A stretch of DNA of 64,000 nt, from assembly GCA_043819555.1 (NCBI GenBank), contig JBDREQ010000003.1:32001-96000 (forward strand), in the 5' to 3' direction. Made by a program: the position numbers and the translations under genes. Under the pieces are notes generated by a model that worked only from the letters and a program-made list of their open reading frames with translations, ran no database searches and was not told the DNA's origin. Within the stretch, counting starts at the first letter, position 1. The number at the start of each line of letters is the position of its first letter. This DNA comes from Candidatus Zixiibacteriota bacterium. GTDB lineage: Bacteria > Zixibacteria > MSB-5A5 > GN15 > JAAZOE01. Shown in pieces: positions 9,876 to 19,716 of this stretch.

Positions 9876-11807
9876 ATGTTTGATTATTTATACATAGTTC
9901 CCCTCCTGCCGCTTTTGGCTGTGCTTATAAATGGACTGCTGTTTAGCAAAATGTCTAAAACCGCTGTTCAAAGCCTTGCTGTTGGTTCGGTAGGATTATC
10001 ATTTGTCGCATCGGTTATATTGTTTTTTAATCTCTTGGGTTTTGATCCCGCGCATCGCACGATTGAGCAGGTATTATTTTCCTGGATTCCAGTCGGCTCG
10101 TTACAACTTAATATCGCTTTTTTATTAGATCCTCTTTCGGCCGTGATGATTCTGGTAGTATCCGGCGTCGGATTTTTGATTCATGTTTATTCAATTGGAT
10201 ATATGGCCCATGACCCGGGTGTAAAAAGATATTTTATTTATCTTAATCTATTCATGTTTTCAATGCTGACGCTAGTATTGGCAAATAACTTGATTCTGCT
10301 ATTCGTCGGTTGGGAAGGTGTCGGGCTCTGCAGTTATTTGTTAATTGGTTTCTGGTTCCACAAGAAATCTGCTTCAGATGCGGGCAAAAAAGCTTTTATA
10401 GTCAATCGCGTCGGTGATTTTGGTTTTATATTGGGCAGTTTTATTATTTTCTGGATGGCCGGAACGCTTGATTTTGTCGCGATGCGAAATGTTTCAACCG
10501 AAGTATTCACTATCGGCGGAACGACAATGGTTACAGCGGCTACGCTGCTTTTGTTCTTCGGCGCGACCGGAAAATCGGCCCAGATTCCTTTATATATCTG
10601 GCTTCCAGACGCGATGGAAGGCCCCACTCCGGTATCAGCATTGATTCATGCCGCGACAATGGTGACTGCCGGAGTTTATCTGCTGGTGCGTTTGAATTTC
10701 CTGTTCGTGATGGCTCCGACAACAATGCTGGTTGTCGCTATTGTCGGATGCCTGACCGCGTTTGTGGCGGCTACAATTGGGCTTGCCCAAAATGACATCA
10801 AAAGAGTATTGGCTTATTCGACTGTCAGCCAGCTGGGGTATATGATGATGGCCTGCGGAGTCGCGGCCTTCACCGCCGGCATTTTTCATCTCATGACCCA
10901 CGCATTTTTCAAAGCCCTATTATTTCTTGGTTCCGGTTCGGTTATTCATGCTATGTCGAATGAACAGGATATGCGTAAGATGGGCGGACTAAGGAAGCAG
11001 CTTCCAATTACATATTTGACTTTTTTAATGGGCACTCTGGCAATTGCGGGTATTCCCGGTTTTTCTGGATTCTTTTCCAAAGATGAAATTTTGTGGAAAT
11101 CATTTTCGTCAGGAAATGGCCATTGGATTTTCTGGGCGGCAGGCGTTGTTACCGCGGTATTAACCGCCTTCTATATGTTCCGATTATTGTATTTGACGTT
11201 TTATGGCGAGGGCCGTTATGACCAGCATACCGCCGATCATTTGCATGAATCACCAAAGGTTATGACAATGCCGCTGGTGATTCTGGCGATCCTGGCGGTA
11301 ATCGGCGGCTGGGTTGGGATTCCTCATGCTCTAAAGGGCGGCGCGCATTTTGAAAAATTTCTTGAACCGGTTATTCGCAATTACAGTTCACACACTCTTG
11401 GCGCCGATGCGCATCATGCTGCCTCTTTAGAATATGGCTTGATGGCTTTGACTGTAGGCTTGATCTTAATTTCAATATATCTGGCATGGTATTTTTATCG
11501 GAAAAATATCGCCAAAGCCGGCTCGTTGCGAGAAACATTCTCAGGGATCCACAAAACCTTGCTGAATAAATACTGGGTCGATGAATTTTACGGCTGGTCG
11601 ATTATTCGGCCGGTTGTCAATGGTTCTGTCTTCTTATGGAAAGTATTTGATGTTCTGATTATCGATGGTATTGCCAATGGGTTGGCCCAAATTACTCGCG
11701 ACGTGTCCGATAATTTTCGTAAAATGCAGACGGGTAATTTGCGGGGCTACATGGCGGTGTTTTTAATTGGAGCCGTTTTATTAATTGGTTTTTTGGTGGT
11801 GAGGTAG
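9876..11807 (+). CDS. nuoL: NADH-quinone oxidoreductase subunit L
   Basis: GKSAQIPL..WLPDAMEGPTPVSALIHAATMV. Confidence 0.97.
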   Translation: MFDYLYIVPLLPLLAVLINGLLFSKMSKTAVQSLAVGSVGLSFVASVILFFNLLGFDPAHRTIEQVLFSWIPVGSLQLNIAFLLDPLSAVMILVVSGVGFLIHVYSIGYMAHDPGVKRYFIYLNLFMFSMLTLVLANNLILLFVGWEGVGLCSYLLIGFWFHKKSASDAGKKAFIVNRVGDFGFILGSFIIFWMAGTLDFVAMRNVSTEVFTIGGTTMVTAATLLLFFGATGKSAQIPLYIWLPDAMEGPTPVSALIHAATMVTAGVYLLVRLNFLFVMAPTTMLVVAIVGCLTAFVAATIGLAQNDIKRVLAYSTVSQLGYMMMACGVAAFTAGIFHLMTHAFFKALLFLGSGSVIHAMSNEQDMRKMGGLRKQLPITYLTFLMGTLAIAGIPGFSGFFSKDEILWKSFSSGNGHWIFWAAGVVTAVLTAFYMFRLLYLTFYGEGRYDQHTADHLHESPKVMTMPLVILAILAVIGGWVGIPHALKGGAHFEKFLEPVIRNYSSHTLGADAHHAASLEYGLMALTVGLILISIYLAWYFYRKNIAKAGSLRETFSGIHKTLLNKYWVDEFYGWSIIRPVVNGSVFLWKVFDVLIIDGIANGLAQITRDVSDNFRKMQTGNLRGYMAVFLIGAVLLIGFLVVR

Positions 11808-11810
11808 GGA

Positions 11811-13382
11811 ATGGATAGCTGGATACTGACAATTGTTACTTTCCTGCCGATGGTCGGAGTTTTGGCGCTTCTCCTGATTCCCAAATCTCACCATATATCG
11901 TTGCGCCATACGACGCTGTTTTTTACCATTCTGACATTTGCCGCGTCTTTATGCCTGCTCTTTCGTTTCGACATTGCCGCCAGCGGGATGCAATTCGATG
12001 TCAATCTGCCATGGGTTGAACATTTTGGAATCGGTTATCATCTTGGCGTCGATGGCATCAGCCTGCTTTTGATTCTACTTACAACATTTTTGACGGCAAT
12101 TGCGGTTCTATCAACATTCAAGGCCGTCGAACATTCTCATCAGGGATTTTATATATCGATCCTGCTTTTGGAAACCGGTATGTTGGGCGTTTTTGCCGCT
12201 TTGGATCTGTTTTTGTTTTATGTTTTCTGGGAATTAATGCTGATTCCGATGTATTTCCTGATTGGTATCTGGGGCGGGAAACGACGCGTTTATGCCGCAA
12301 TCAAATTTGTTCTCTTTACGATGGTGGGTTCGCTTCTCATGCTGGTCGCGATTCTGGTTATCTATTTCCAATATCAAAGTATATTTGGTGAATATACCTG
12401 CGATCTTATTAAGATAACTTCCCTGCCTTTGGCGGCCAATTTACAGCTCTGGCTTTTTGCCGCATTTGGGCTGGCTTTTATAATAAAGGTTCCTATGTGG
12501 CCGTTCCATACCTGGCTTCCTGATGCTCACGTTGAAGCGCCTACCGCCGGTTCGGTAATTCTGGCCGGGGTTCTTTTGAAGATGGGGACTTACGGTTTCA
12601 TTCGTTTTTGTCTGCCGCTTTTCCCGATCGCGACTTTCGAATTTATGCCATTGATTTCTATTCTGGCGGTTATCGGAATTATTTATGGCGCGCTGGTTGC
12701 CATGGTTCAAAAAGATATCAAATCCCTGGTCGCGTATTCCTCAGTGTCGCATATGGGATTTATTATGCTCGGTATGATGGCAATGAATCTGCAGGGTATG
12801 CAGGGTTCCATCATTCAGATGATAAATCACGGCATATCAACCGGCGCTTTGTTTATTCTGGTTGGGATGATTTATGAACGCCGGCATACTCGCTTGATTT
12901 CAGAATATGGCGGTCTGGCGCATCGATTGCCTGTATTCTCGACACTCTTTATGATAGTCCTTCTCTCCTCAATCGGCGTACCCGGTACAAACGGATTCGT
13001 TGGCGAGTTTCTCATACTTCTGGGTACCTGGTCGTATAACAAAGTGTACGCGGTGCTGGCCGCTTCGGGAGTTATCTTTGCCGCATGTTATATGCTGTGG
13101 ATGTACCAGCGAGTATTCTTTGGCAAGTTGACCAACCCGGCCAATGAAAAGTTGCTGGATCTGGATTTGCGAGAGAAGATAGTTCTGATACCATTAGTCA
13201 TCATGATATTCTGGATTGGGATTTATCCTAAACCGTTTTTCACTCTCTTGGAACCCGCTGTTAAGGATGTGATTGCCCGGGTTGAGCAGGGCCGGGCTGA
13301 GTATGAAGCGTACAGTCAATTAACGGATGATGAAATTGCCGTCTCCAAGATGATTGTCGAAGCCACCAGGGAGAGCGAATAA
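11811..13382 (+). CDS. nuoM: NADH-quinone oxidoreductase subunit M
   Basis: KVPMWPFHTWLPDAHVEAPT. Confidence 0.97.
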   Translation: MDSWILTIVTFLPMVGVLALLLIPKSHHISLRHTTLFFTILTFAASLCLLFRFDIAASGMQFDVNLPWVEHFGIGYHLGVDGISLLLILLTTFLTAIAVLSTFKAVEHSHQGFYISILLLETGMLGVFAALDLFLFYVFWELMLIPMYFLIGIWGGKRRVYAAIKFVLFTMVGSLLMLVAILVIYFQYQSIFGEYTCDLIKITSLPLAANLQLWLFAAFGLAFIIKVPMWPFHTWLPDAHVEAPTAGSVILAGVLLKMGTYGFIRFCLPLFPIATFEFMPLISILAVIGIIYGALVAMVQKDIKSLVAYSSVSHMGFIMLGMMAMNLQGMQGSIIQMINHGISTGALFILVGMIYERRHTRLISEYGGLAHRLPVFSTLFMIVLLSSIGVPGTNGFVGEFLILLGTWSYNKVYAVLAASGVIFAACYMLWMYQRVFFGKLTNPANEKLLDLDLREKIVLIPLVIMIFWIGIYPKPFFTLLEPAVKDVIARVEQGRAEYEAYSQLTDDEIAVSKMIVEATRESE

Positions 13383-13603
13383 TGCCAAACGTTAAAATGT
13401 TTACCAAGCCCGGTTGTCCTTATTGCGCAGCGGCGCGAGAGAATTACAACGACCGGGGCGTTGAGTTTGAGGATATCAACGTTATAGATAATCCTCGGGC
13501 ACAGGAAGAATTATTAAAGTTATCCAACGGTGAGAGGATTGTGCCTGTTATCGTAGATAGTGGTGAAGTAAAATTAGGCTGGGGCGGAAGCTGAGGGTTT
13601 TAA
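13382..13603 (+). CDS. Glutaredoxin-like protein, probable Uxx-star selenoprotein (Sec at TGA 13592-13594; C-terminus GGS-U-G-F-stop)
   Basis: CPYC active site and cis-Pro VP motif; in-frame TGA GGG TTT TAA; SECIS-like element downstream; start overlaps the nuoM stop (TAATG). Confidence 0.8.
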
Positions 13604-13604
13604 C

Positions 13605-13637
13605 TCTTGAGCGGTCGTGAACCGCGCCTTTCGCTAA
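13605..13637 (+). promoter_or_regulatory. Putative bacterial SECIS element
   Basis: Counting the U of UGA as 1, U17 and GGUC at 22-25 match the E. coli fdhF register; hairpin GCGGT-cgtga-ACCGC at 13611-13625. Confidence 0.6.
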
Positions 13638-13649
13638 CGGAGAAAAACT

Positions 13650-15104
13650 ATGTCGCAATTAAGTGCGGCCATCAATTTGAATATATTACTGCCGGAAATA
13701 ACTCTGCTTACGGCGGCTTTTATCCTATTGGTTTTTATTCCCCTGATGAAGCAAAAGATATTTTCAGTCGCATTGACAGTAATAGCCGCCCTGGCTTCCC
13801 TGATGTTCGTTGTCAAGTCATGGAATGATCCGCAGTCCGCTTATTTTGGCATGGTTGTCTGCGATAATTTCTCTCTGTTTTGCAAAGCTATTTTTCTATT
13901 CACCTGCGGTTCGGTCGCCATGCTATCGCGCGATTACCTGAAAAGCCGGGGATTGGATCGCCCCGAATATTATGCAATGCTATTGATATCTACGGCCGGT
14001 ATGATGTTCATGGTCTCATCTTCGGATTTGATGGTCATTTTTATCGGACTGGAAATCATGTCGCTCCCGCTTTATGTCCTGGCCGGCTACTTGCGAGATA
14101 ATCTGCGCTCAAACGAATCGGCCGCCAAGTATTTCTTTATGGGCGCCTTTGCTTCTGCCTTTCTTCTATATGGCATCGCGCTAGTATACGGCGGTACAGG
14201 GACAACCGATCTGGTCAAAATATATACTTCAACCGGTATTGCGATTCATCAGTTCCCAATGTATTTCCTGATTGGGGCGGCGCTGGTATTGATCGGTTTC
14301 GCCTTCAAAATCGCATCGTTCCCGTTCCATATGTGGGTGCCTGATGTATATCAGGGCGCCCCTACGCCGATTACTGCTTTTTTCTCAATTGGGCCAAAGG
14401 CGGCCGGAGTGGCAACTTTGTTGCGTATTTTTATGATTGGATTCTGGAGTGTATTTGATACCTACGGACCGCTCTTCTGGATGCTGGCCTTCCTGACCAT
14501 GACGGTTGGCAATATTCTGGCGTTGATGCAAATCGACGTCAAACGAATGCTGGCCTATAGTTCTATCGCCCATGCCGGATATCTATTGGTGGCGGTGACG
14601 GCTGGAAGCAATGACGCGGTTTCGGCGGCGCTGTTTTATCTGCTGGCATACAGCTTTTTCAATATGGGCGCCTTCGCGATTGTCACGCTAATAGAAAACA
14701 AAACCAAATCAAATGATATTCAATCGTTCCGGGGATTGAGCTCAAAACATCCCTGGTTGGCCGTGTTTTTAGCTTTATTCATGTTCTCGCTGGCGGGATT
14801 TCCACCGACGGCCGGATTTATGGCGAAATTTTATGTCTTCTCGGCGGCGGTGAAATCGGGTCTGGTCTGGCTGGTTGTCGCAGCTGTAATAAACAGTTTG
14901 ATATCCGTTTATTATTATTTTCGCCCCCTCAAGGTGGCTTTTTTTGATAAAGCAGAGGGCGATGATATTCCCGCCAAGGGTTTAACGCTTAGTCCGTTAT
15001 TTGTGATAGTCTTAATTTTGACCGGTTTGGGTTCAATTGGATTGGGGATATTTCCAGGTTATTTCATCGACCTCGCCGCGTCTTCTGGTCTGATAATTCT
15101 GTAA
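13650..15104 (+). CDS. nuoN: NADH-quinone oxidoreductase subunit N
   Basis: FKIA..PFHMWVPDVYQGAPTP; KRMLAYSSIAHAGY. Confidence 0.97.
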   Translation: MSQLSAAINLNILLPEITLLTAAFILLVFIPLMKQKIFSVALTVIAALASLMFVVKSWNDPQSAYFGMVVCDNFSLFCKAIFLFTCGSVAMLSRDYLKSRGLDRPEYYAMLLISTAGMMFMVSSSDLMVIFIGLEIMSLPLYVLAGYLRDNLRSNESAAKYFFMGAFASAFLLYGIALVYGGTGTTDLVKIYTSTGIAIHQFPMYFLIGAALVLIGFAFKIASFPFHMWVPDVYQGAPTPITAFFSIGPKAAGVATLLRIFMIGFWSVFDTYGPLFWMLAFLTMTVGNILALMQIDVKRMLAYSSIAHAGYLLVAVTAGSNDAVSAALFYLLAYSFFNMGAFAIVTLIENKTKSNDIQSFRGLSSKHPWLAVFLALFMFSLAGFPPTAGFMAKFYVFSAAVKSGLVWLVVAAVINSLISVYYYFRPLKVAFFDKAEGDDIPAKGLTLSPLFVIVLILTGLGSIGLGIFPGYFIDLAASSGLIIL

Positions 15105-15140
15105 AAGAAATTCTGAATTCTGCATGGCTCTCAATTGATT

Positions 15141-17873
15141 CTATAACGCATACATACAGGGCAACGGGCCGCCTTTGAAGATATTATTAATCATATAAAC
15201 CGCATCGCCGACATTGCCCTGGCCATCACAGTTGGCGTCGGCTTCTTTGGGATGTACCGGGCCGGGACCGCCTTTGAATACCATGTTGATGATATAGACG
15301 GCATCGCCGACATTGAAATTGCCGTCGTTATTGGCGTCGCCTGACATTTCCCAGACCGTGTAAGTATAATCAAATAAGATTGCTGTTTCATCGCCGATGA
15401 TATTTTCCTCAGGTAATCCCCGAATGACATAAGGCGTAGTCGAGCAACCCTGGGCCGCGATGCCAATCGTCGCGGTTTGCTCCAGACCGGTAGTGCCGAC
15501 CGATTTATATTGGAATTTTATATTTCCATTTTTACTCAGAATAATCTGAAAGGTCGTCAAAGTATCATCGGATGAATTGAAATTGCCGACCTTATTGTAT
15601 TGAACGATAAATGTATCCCGTTCAGGCGAACGATAATAATATACTCGTCCATGTCCGCCAATTCCTGGATCCATATTAAGATCATTCCAGAAAGGCGAAA
15701 TTACCGTTTTAAAAGGCGCCCCGGGAATATCAAGATCATCGTAAAATCCTTCAAAATTGACATCGGCATCGGTAAAGGAAACGGCTCCGTTGGCACCCAA
15801 ATAAATTTCACTATAAGCGGTATCATAAAAGGGAAAATCAAATTCCAGGGCGATCGGCCCAAACGAACCATCATCAAGGATATCAACCGATGTATAATTA
15901 TTATACCACAGATGAGACGGAGCGATATAACCCATCGATTCGATATTGATCCAGTTGTATTCGGCATCGGCATGATCAGGATATATCGTCGGAAAATAAG
16001 TCGTATCTTCGCATAGGACTTCAAGAAAAATTGGTAATATAATTTCATCATCGAGTGCTTCCCCGGAAGTCCCGAATTGGACCAATACTTGACCTTTCAA
16101 TGTGCCCACATTTTGGTCACCGATTTCAGGTGAGAGGTCAAAATCGAACGGAACCGAACTCCCGGAAAAAATGACTCCGGATGGATTTTGGATATTTATC
16201 CATTCGGCGGTGTTGTCTTCGCCCATGGGTTGAGCCGAGGCGGTAAAATCATAATCCTGATCAATGGATATATTCTCCAGCAGGACCGACATATTAAGAA
16301 CCGATTGATTGACGGCGGCTGTATCGATAAAATATGGAGTGATTGTCAAATCATATGGAAGGGGCAAAATTGCGTCTGCGGCTTGAATATCAGGACGGGG
16401 TCCTATATGCCGGTTAGTGATTCCCTGTTGAGGTGATCCGGTTGAAACCAGGATGTCGCGCATCCTATCGGCGTCTAAATCAACTCCATTGAATCTGTTT
16501 TTATATATTCCCTGCAATGACGCGACGACTCCGGCGACTATTGCTGTTGCCGAAGATGTGCCGTTAAAATCTCCGGTATAATATTGGTGTTCATCGCCCC
16601 CACCATTGAATAAATCGCCATAACCGGCAGTGACAACTTCGCGGCCATGTCCCTGAACGTTGACCCTTTCGCCATAATTGGAAAAATCAAGCCAGGAACG
16701 ATCAGTGCCGAAATTCCCCGAAGGAGGGGCTCCCGCCCCAACCATAATAGCGTGAGAATTTCTCCATGTTGTATCGAACATGTTTTCATAAAGGGCATCA
16801 CCAAGATTTTCGGCGCCATTTCCCGCTGCTTCAACAACAATTATACCCTTAGCCCAGGCATATTGAAGGGCATCGTATATATCCTGCCAGTACTCTATGC
16901 AAATATAACCGCGCTGGTCGGTGCGAACCGCGAAATTATATCGAGGCCCCGGCGCATTAATCTCGATTAATATGATATCGCCGGCGTCCAATTGCTCAAC
17001 CGCGAGCAGTATCCCTTCGCTAATATTGTAAGTCAAATAAGAAGCCATGCCGACTTCGACTGACGATGATATTCCTGAAACTCCAAAGCCATCAACTCCT
17101 GCCTTAATAATACCCATTACCGCTGTTCCATGATTACGAGTAAGAAAATCTCCAGCGGGGTCACCGCCGAGTATAGCATCAGGGCTGAGGTCTAAATCTT
17201 CATGGTCTACAATCCAATCGCCTTCAATATCAAATAGTTTAACTGCGGCGCCATCGCCCCCCGATACCGTTTGCGCGTAATCGGCATCAACTCCGCCGGG
17301 AGCGGGCCTGAGAAAATCCTGATTGCCGGAGTAATTCGGAGTTGGAGGATCAATGTCTCCGGCCGGTTCAAAATGTGGCTGAGCATACGCAATCTCCACT
17401 TCGGGAAGCGCATTTAATTGGTTTATTATATTTTGGGCTTCGTTGGTGGAAGAAACAGTAATGGTGATATAATTGTTAAAGTCGGCTAATTCATGACCGC
17501 TTTTATTTTCAAGAATATTTTTTTTCCGTTCAAGAATGTCAGCCGGTTTGGAAACGAGCTTTTCAATTCCGGCATTTGATTTAGCTGAAAGGATTTTATT
17601 GATTCCGGCCAGATTTTTTCCAGATAGAGAAACTAATTTATTTCCGAACAATCTTAACTTAGTATCCTTGACCAGCTTGACGATAACACGATCAATATTG
17701 GCTGAAGGATCGATTGTAGTTTTACCCGGCTTTGAAACCGGTTGACGTAATCTCAGGATATATGAAGACCCAGTTGTTTTATCATTCTCAACTTGCCGAG
17801 GCATGCAAATTGATGACATGACAAACAGGCAAATGACTATTGTAAGCCGTCGTTTACCCAATAATCCAATCAT
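15141..17873 (-). CDS. Secreted S8 (subtilisin-like) serine protease with C-terminal dockerin-like domain
   Basis: Signal-like N-terminus; triad DIE / NHGT / GTSSA and AAGN; twin GDAN.DG..NVGDAVY.IN..FKGGP repeats. Confidence 0.85.
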   Translation of the reverse strand: MIGLLGKRRLTIVICLFVMSSICMPRQVENDKTTGSSYILRLRQPVSKPGKTTIDPSANIDRVIVKLVKDTKLRLFGNKLVSLSGKNLAGINKILSAKSNAGIEKLVSKPADILERKKNILENKSGHELADFNNYITITVSSTNEAQNIINQLNALPEVEIAYAQPHFEPAGDIDPPTPNYSGNQDFLRPAPGGVDADYAQTVSGGDGAAVKLFDIEGDWIVDHEDLDLSPDAILGGDPAGDFLTRNHGTAVMGIIKAGVDGFGVSGISSSVEVGMASYLTYNISEGILLAVEQLDAGDIILIEINAPGPRYNFAVRTDQRGYICIEYWQDIYDALQYAWAKGIIVVEAAGNGAENLGDALYENMFDTTWRNSHAIMVGAGAPPSGNFGTDRSWLDFSNYGERVNVQGHGREVVTAGYGDLFNGGGDEHQYYTGDFNGTSSATAIVAGVVASLQGIYKNRFNGVDLDADRMRDILVSTGSPQQGITNRHIGPRPDIQAADAILPLPYDLTITPYFIDTAAVNQSVLNMSVLLENISIDQDYDFTASAQPMGEDNTAEWINIQNPSGVIFSGSSVPFDFDLSPEIGDQNVGTLKGQVLVQFGTSGEALDDEIILPIFLEVLCEDTTYFPTIYPDHADAEYNWINIESMGYIAPSHLWYNNYTSVDILDDGSFGPIALEFDFPFYDTAYSEIYLGANGAVSFTDADVNFEGFYDDLDIPGAPFKTVISPFWNDLNMDPGIGGHGRVYYYRSPERDTFIVQYNKVGNFNSSDDTLTTFQIILSKNGNIKFQYKSVGTTGLEQTATIGIAAQGCSTTPYVIRGLPEENIIGDETAILFDYTYTVWEMSGDANNDGNFNVGDAVYIINMVFKGGPGPVHPKEADANCDGQGNVGDAVYMINNIFKGGPLPCMYAL

Positions 17874-18017
17874 TAAAACTCCAATATACCGGTTCGGCGG
17901 CAAGACAGGAAATAGAAGTAGTTACTAATACAATATACACTGATACCCTTTTTTGTCAAACATGTTTCCATGCAGTTTAATATATTATCGGTAAAAATCA
18001 GGAAATATTGGAGTATA

Positions 18018-19421
18018 TTAACCGAGACGTAATTTATTCTTTAACTTGTCGTTAGCTTCAATTTTTATCGGATATTTTCCGGTGAAACAACCTACACAAA
18101 AATCCTCATGAGGTAATGACGGCATAGCCAGCATCCCATCCACCGAAAGGTATCCGAGAGATTCAACTTTCAGAAATTGCCTAATTTCCTCGATTGTCTT
18201 ATGATTGGCAATAAATTCATTGCGTCTGGGCATATCAATCCCAAAGAAGCAGGGAGATATCACCGGCGGCGAGGAGACCCTAAAATGAACTTCTTTGGCT
18301 CCTGCCTGACGGACAAGTTGTACGAGCTTTTTGGAGGTCGTTCCGCGGACAATGGAATCGTCAACCAAAACAACCCTGCGGCCATCCAATACGCCTTTGA
18401 CTGGATTGAATTTTACTTTGACATCGAGGTCCCGTATTTTCTGATCAGGATCAATAAATGATCGGCCGACATAATGATTTCGAATTAAGCCGATTTCAAA
18501 TTTGATACCGGACTGTTCAGAATAACCCAGCGCGGCCGTGTTGGCCGAATCGGGTATTCCGATTACAATATCGGCATCGACGGGATGTTCTTTGGCCAGA
18601 AGGCGTCCCAGGCGGCGCCGAACTTTATCTACGTTTTCTCCAAATACCACCGAATCAGGCCGGGAGAAATAAATATATTCAAATATACAAAATGCCTTGC
18701 GGGATTTGCGGATGGGGAATTCAGATTTTAAACCTCCGTGCGATATTTCGAGAACCTCACCCGGTTCAATATCCCTGACGTATTTCGCTCCAATGATGTC
18801 AAAAGCGCATGTTTCTGATGCAACGACATGATGCCCATTGATTTTGCCCAGAGCCAGGGGACGAAAGCCCCACGGGTCACGGGCGGCGATTATTCTGTCT
18901 TCGGCGCAGAATAAATAGCAAAAGGCTCCCCGCAATGCCTTGACCGCCTCACATACCTGCCCAAAAGTATCGCTGGCCCGGGATTTGGCGACGAGGTGGA
19001 GAACAATTTCGGTATCGGATGTTGTCTGAAAAATCGAACCGCGATTCTCCAGCATTTCCTTTAATTGCATGGAATTGGTCAGATTCCCGTTATGAGCAAC
19101 GGCCAGCATGCGATCACGATTGGTAATTACAAATGGTTGAATATTCGTCAGGGAACTGGCTCCGGTAGTGGAATAGCGAGTATGGCCAACGGCGATTGAA
19201 CCCTTTAAATTATTAAAAATCGACTTATCCGAAAAAACATCAGAAACTTGTCCCATGCCTTTATAAAGATTTAGACGATTATTATATGAGGTGACTATTC
19301 CAGCAGATTCCTGTCCGCGATGTTGCAGAGAGTACAGGCCAAAATATGTCATTTCGGCTGCCCGACGGGAACCAAATATCCCGAATATCCCACATTTGTC
19401 GTGAAATAACTCTTCCGTCAT
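18018..19421 (-). CDS. purF: Amidophosphoribosyltransferase
   Basis: Propeptide followed by CGIFG; QHRGQESAG; VDDSIVRGTT; Fe-S cysteines. Confidence 0.97.
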   Translation of the reverse strand: MTEELFHDKCGIFGIFGSRRAAEMTYFGLYSLQHRGQESAGIVTSYNNRLNLYKGMGQVSDVFSDKSIFNNLKGSIAVGHTRYSTTGASSLTNIQPFVITNRDRMLAVAHNGNLTNSMQLKEMLENRGSIFQTTSDTEIVLHLVAKSRASDTFGQVCEAVKALRGAFCYLFCAEDRIIAARDPWGFRPLALGKINGHHVVASETCAFDIIGAKYVRDIEPGEVLEISHGGLKSEFPIRKSRKAFCIFEYIYFSRPDSVVFGENVDKVRRRLGRLLAKEHPVDADIVIGIPDSANTAALGYSEQSGIKFEIGLIRNHYVGRSFIDPDQKIRDLDVKVKFNPVKGVLDGRRVVLVDDSIVRGTTSKKLVQLVRQAGAKEVHFRVSSPPVISPCFFGIDMPRRNEFIANHKTIEEIRQFLKVESLGYLSVDGMLAMPSLPHEDFCVGCFTGKYPIKIEANDKLKNKLRLG

Positions 19422-19716
19422 TCCAGCTATCCCTACCGAAAAAACATTAAGTTTATAAAGATTTTGAACGCCTGTCAAGCCTTCTTCGAAATATTCTTAT
19501 GCAATATATATGAAACCCTATTCACATTTGGTACAGTGTTGAAATGTGTTTGTTGAATGAATTATTTTTGGATTATTACTGAGCATCTCTCAAGTATAAA
19601 TATCAAAAGAAGTTACCTCCCCTATTTTTTGTAAAGTATGGACCAGTACCCATACTCATTATTGATATCTGTAATTCCTCAAATAAGGCACAAGGTTTGC
19701 TCAAACAGGATTTAGT

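Noticed and set aside
13607..13828. Short ORFs overlapping the nuoN start
   Set aside because: Alternative-frame shadows with no motifs
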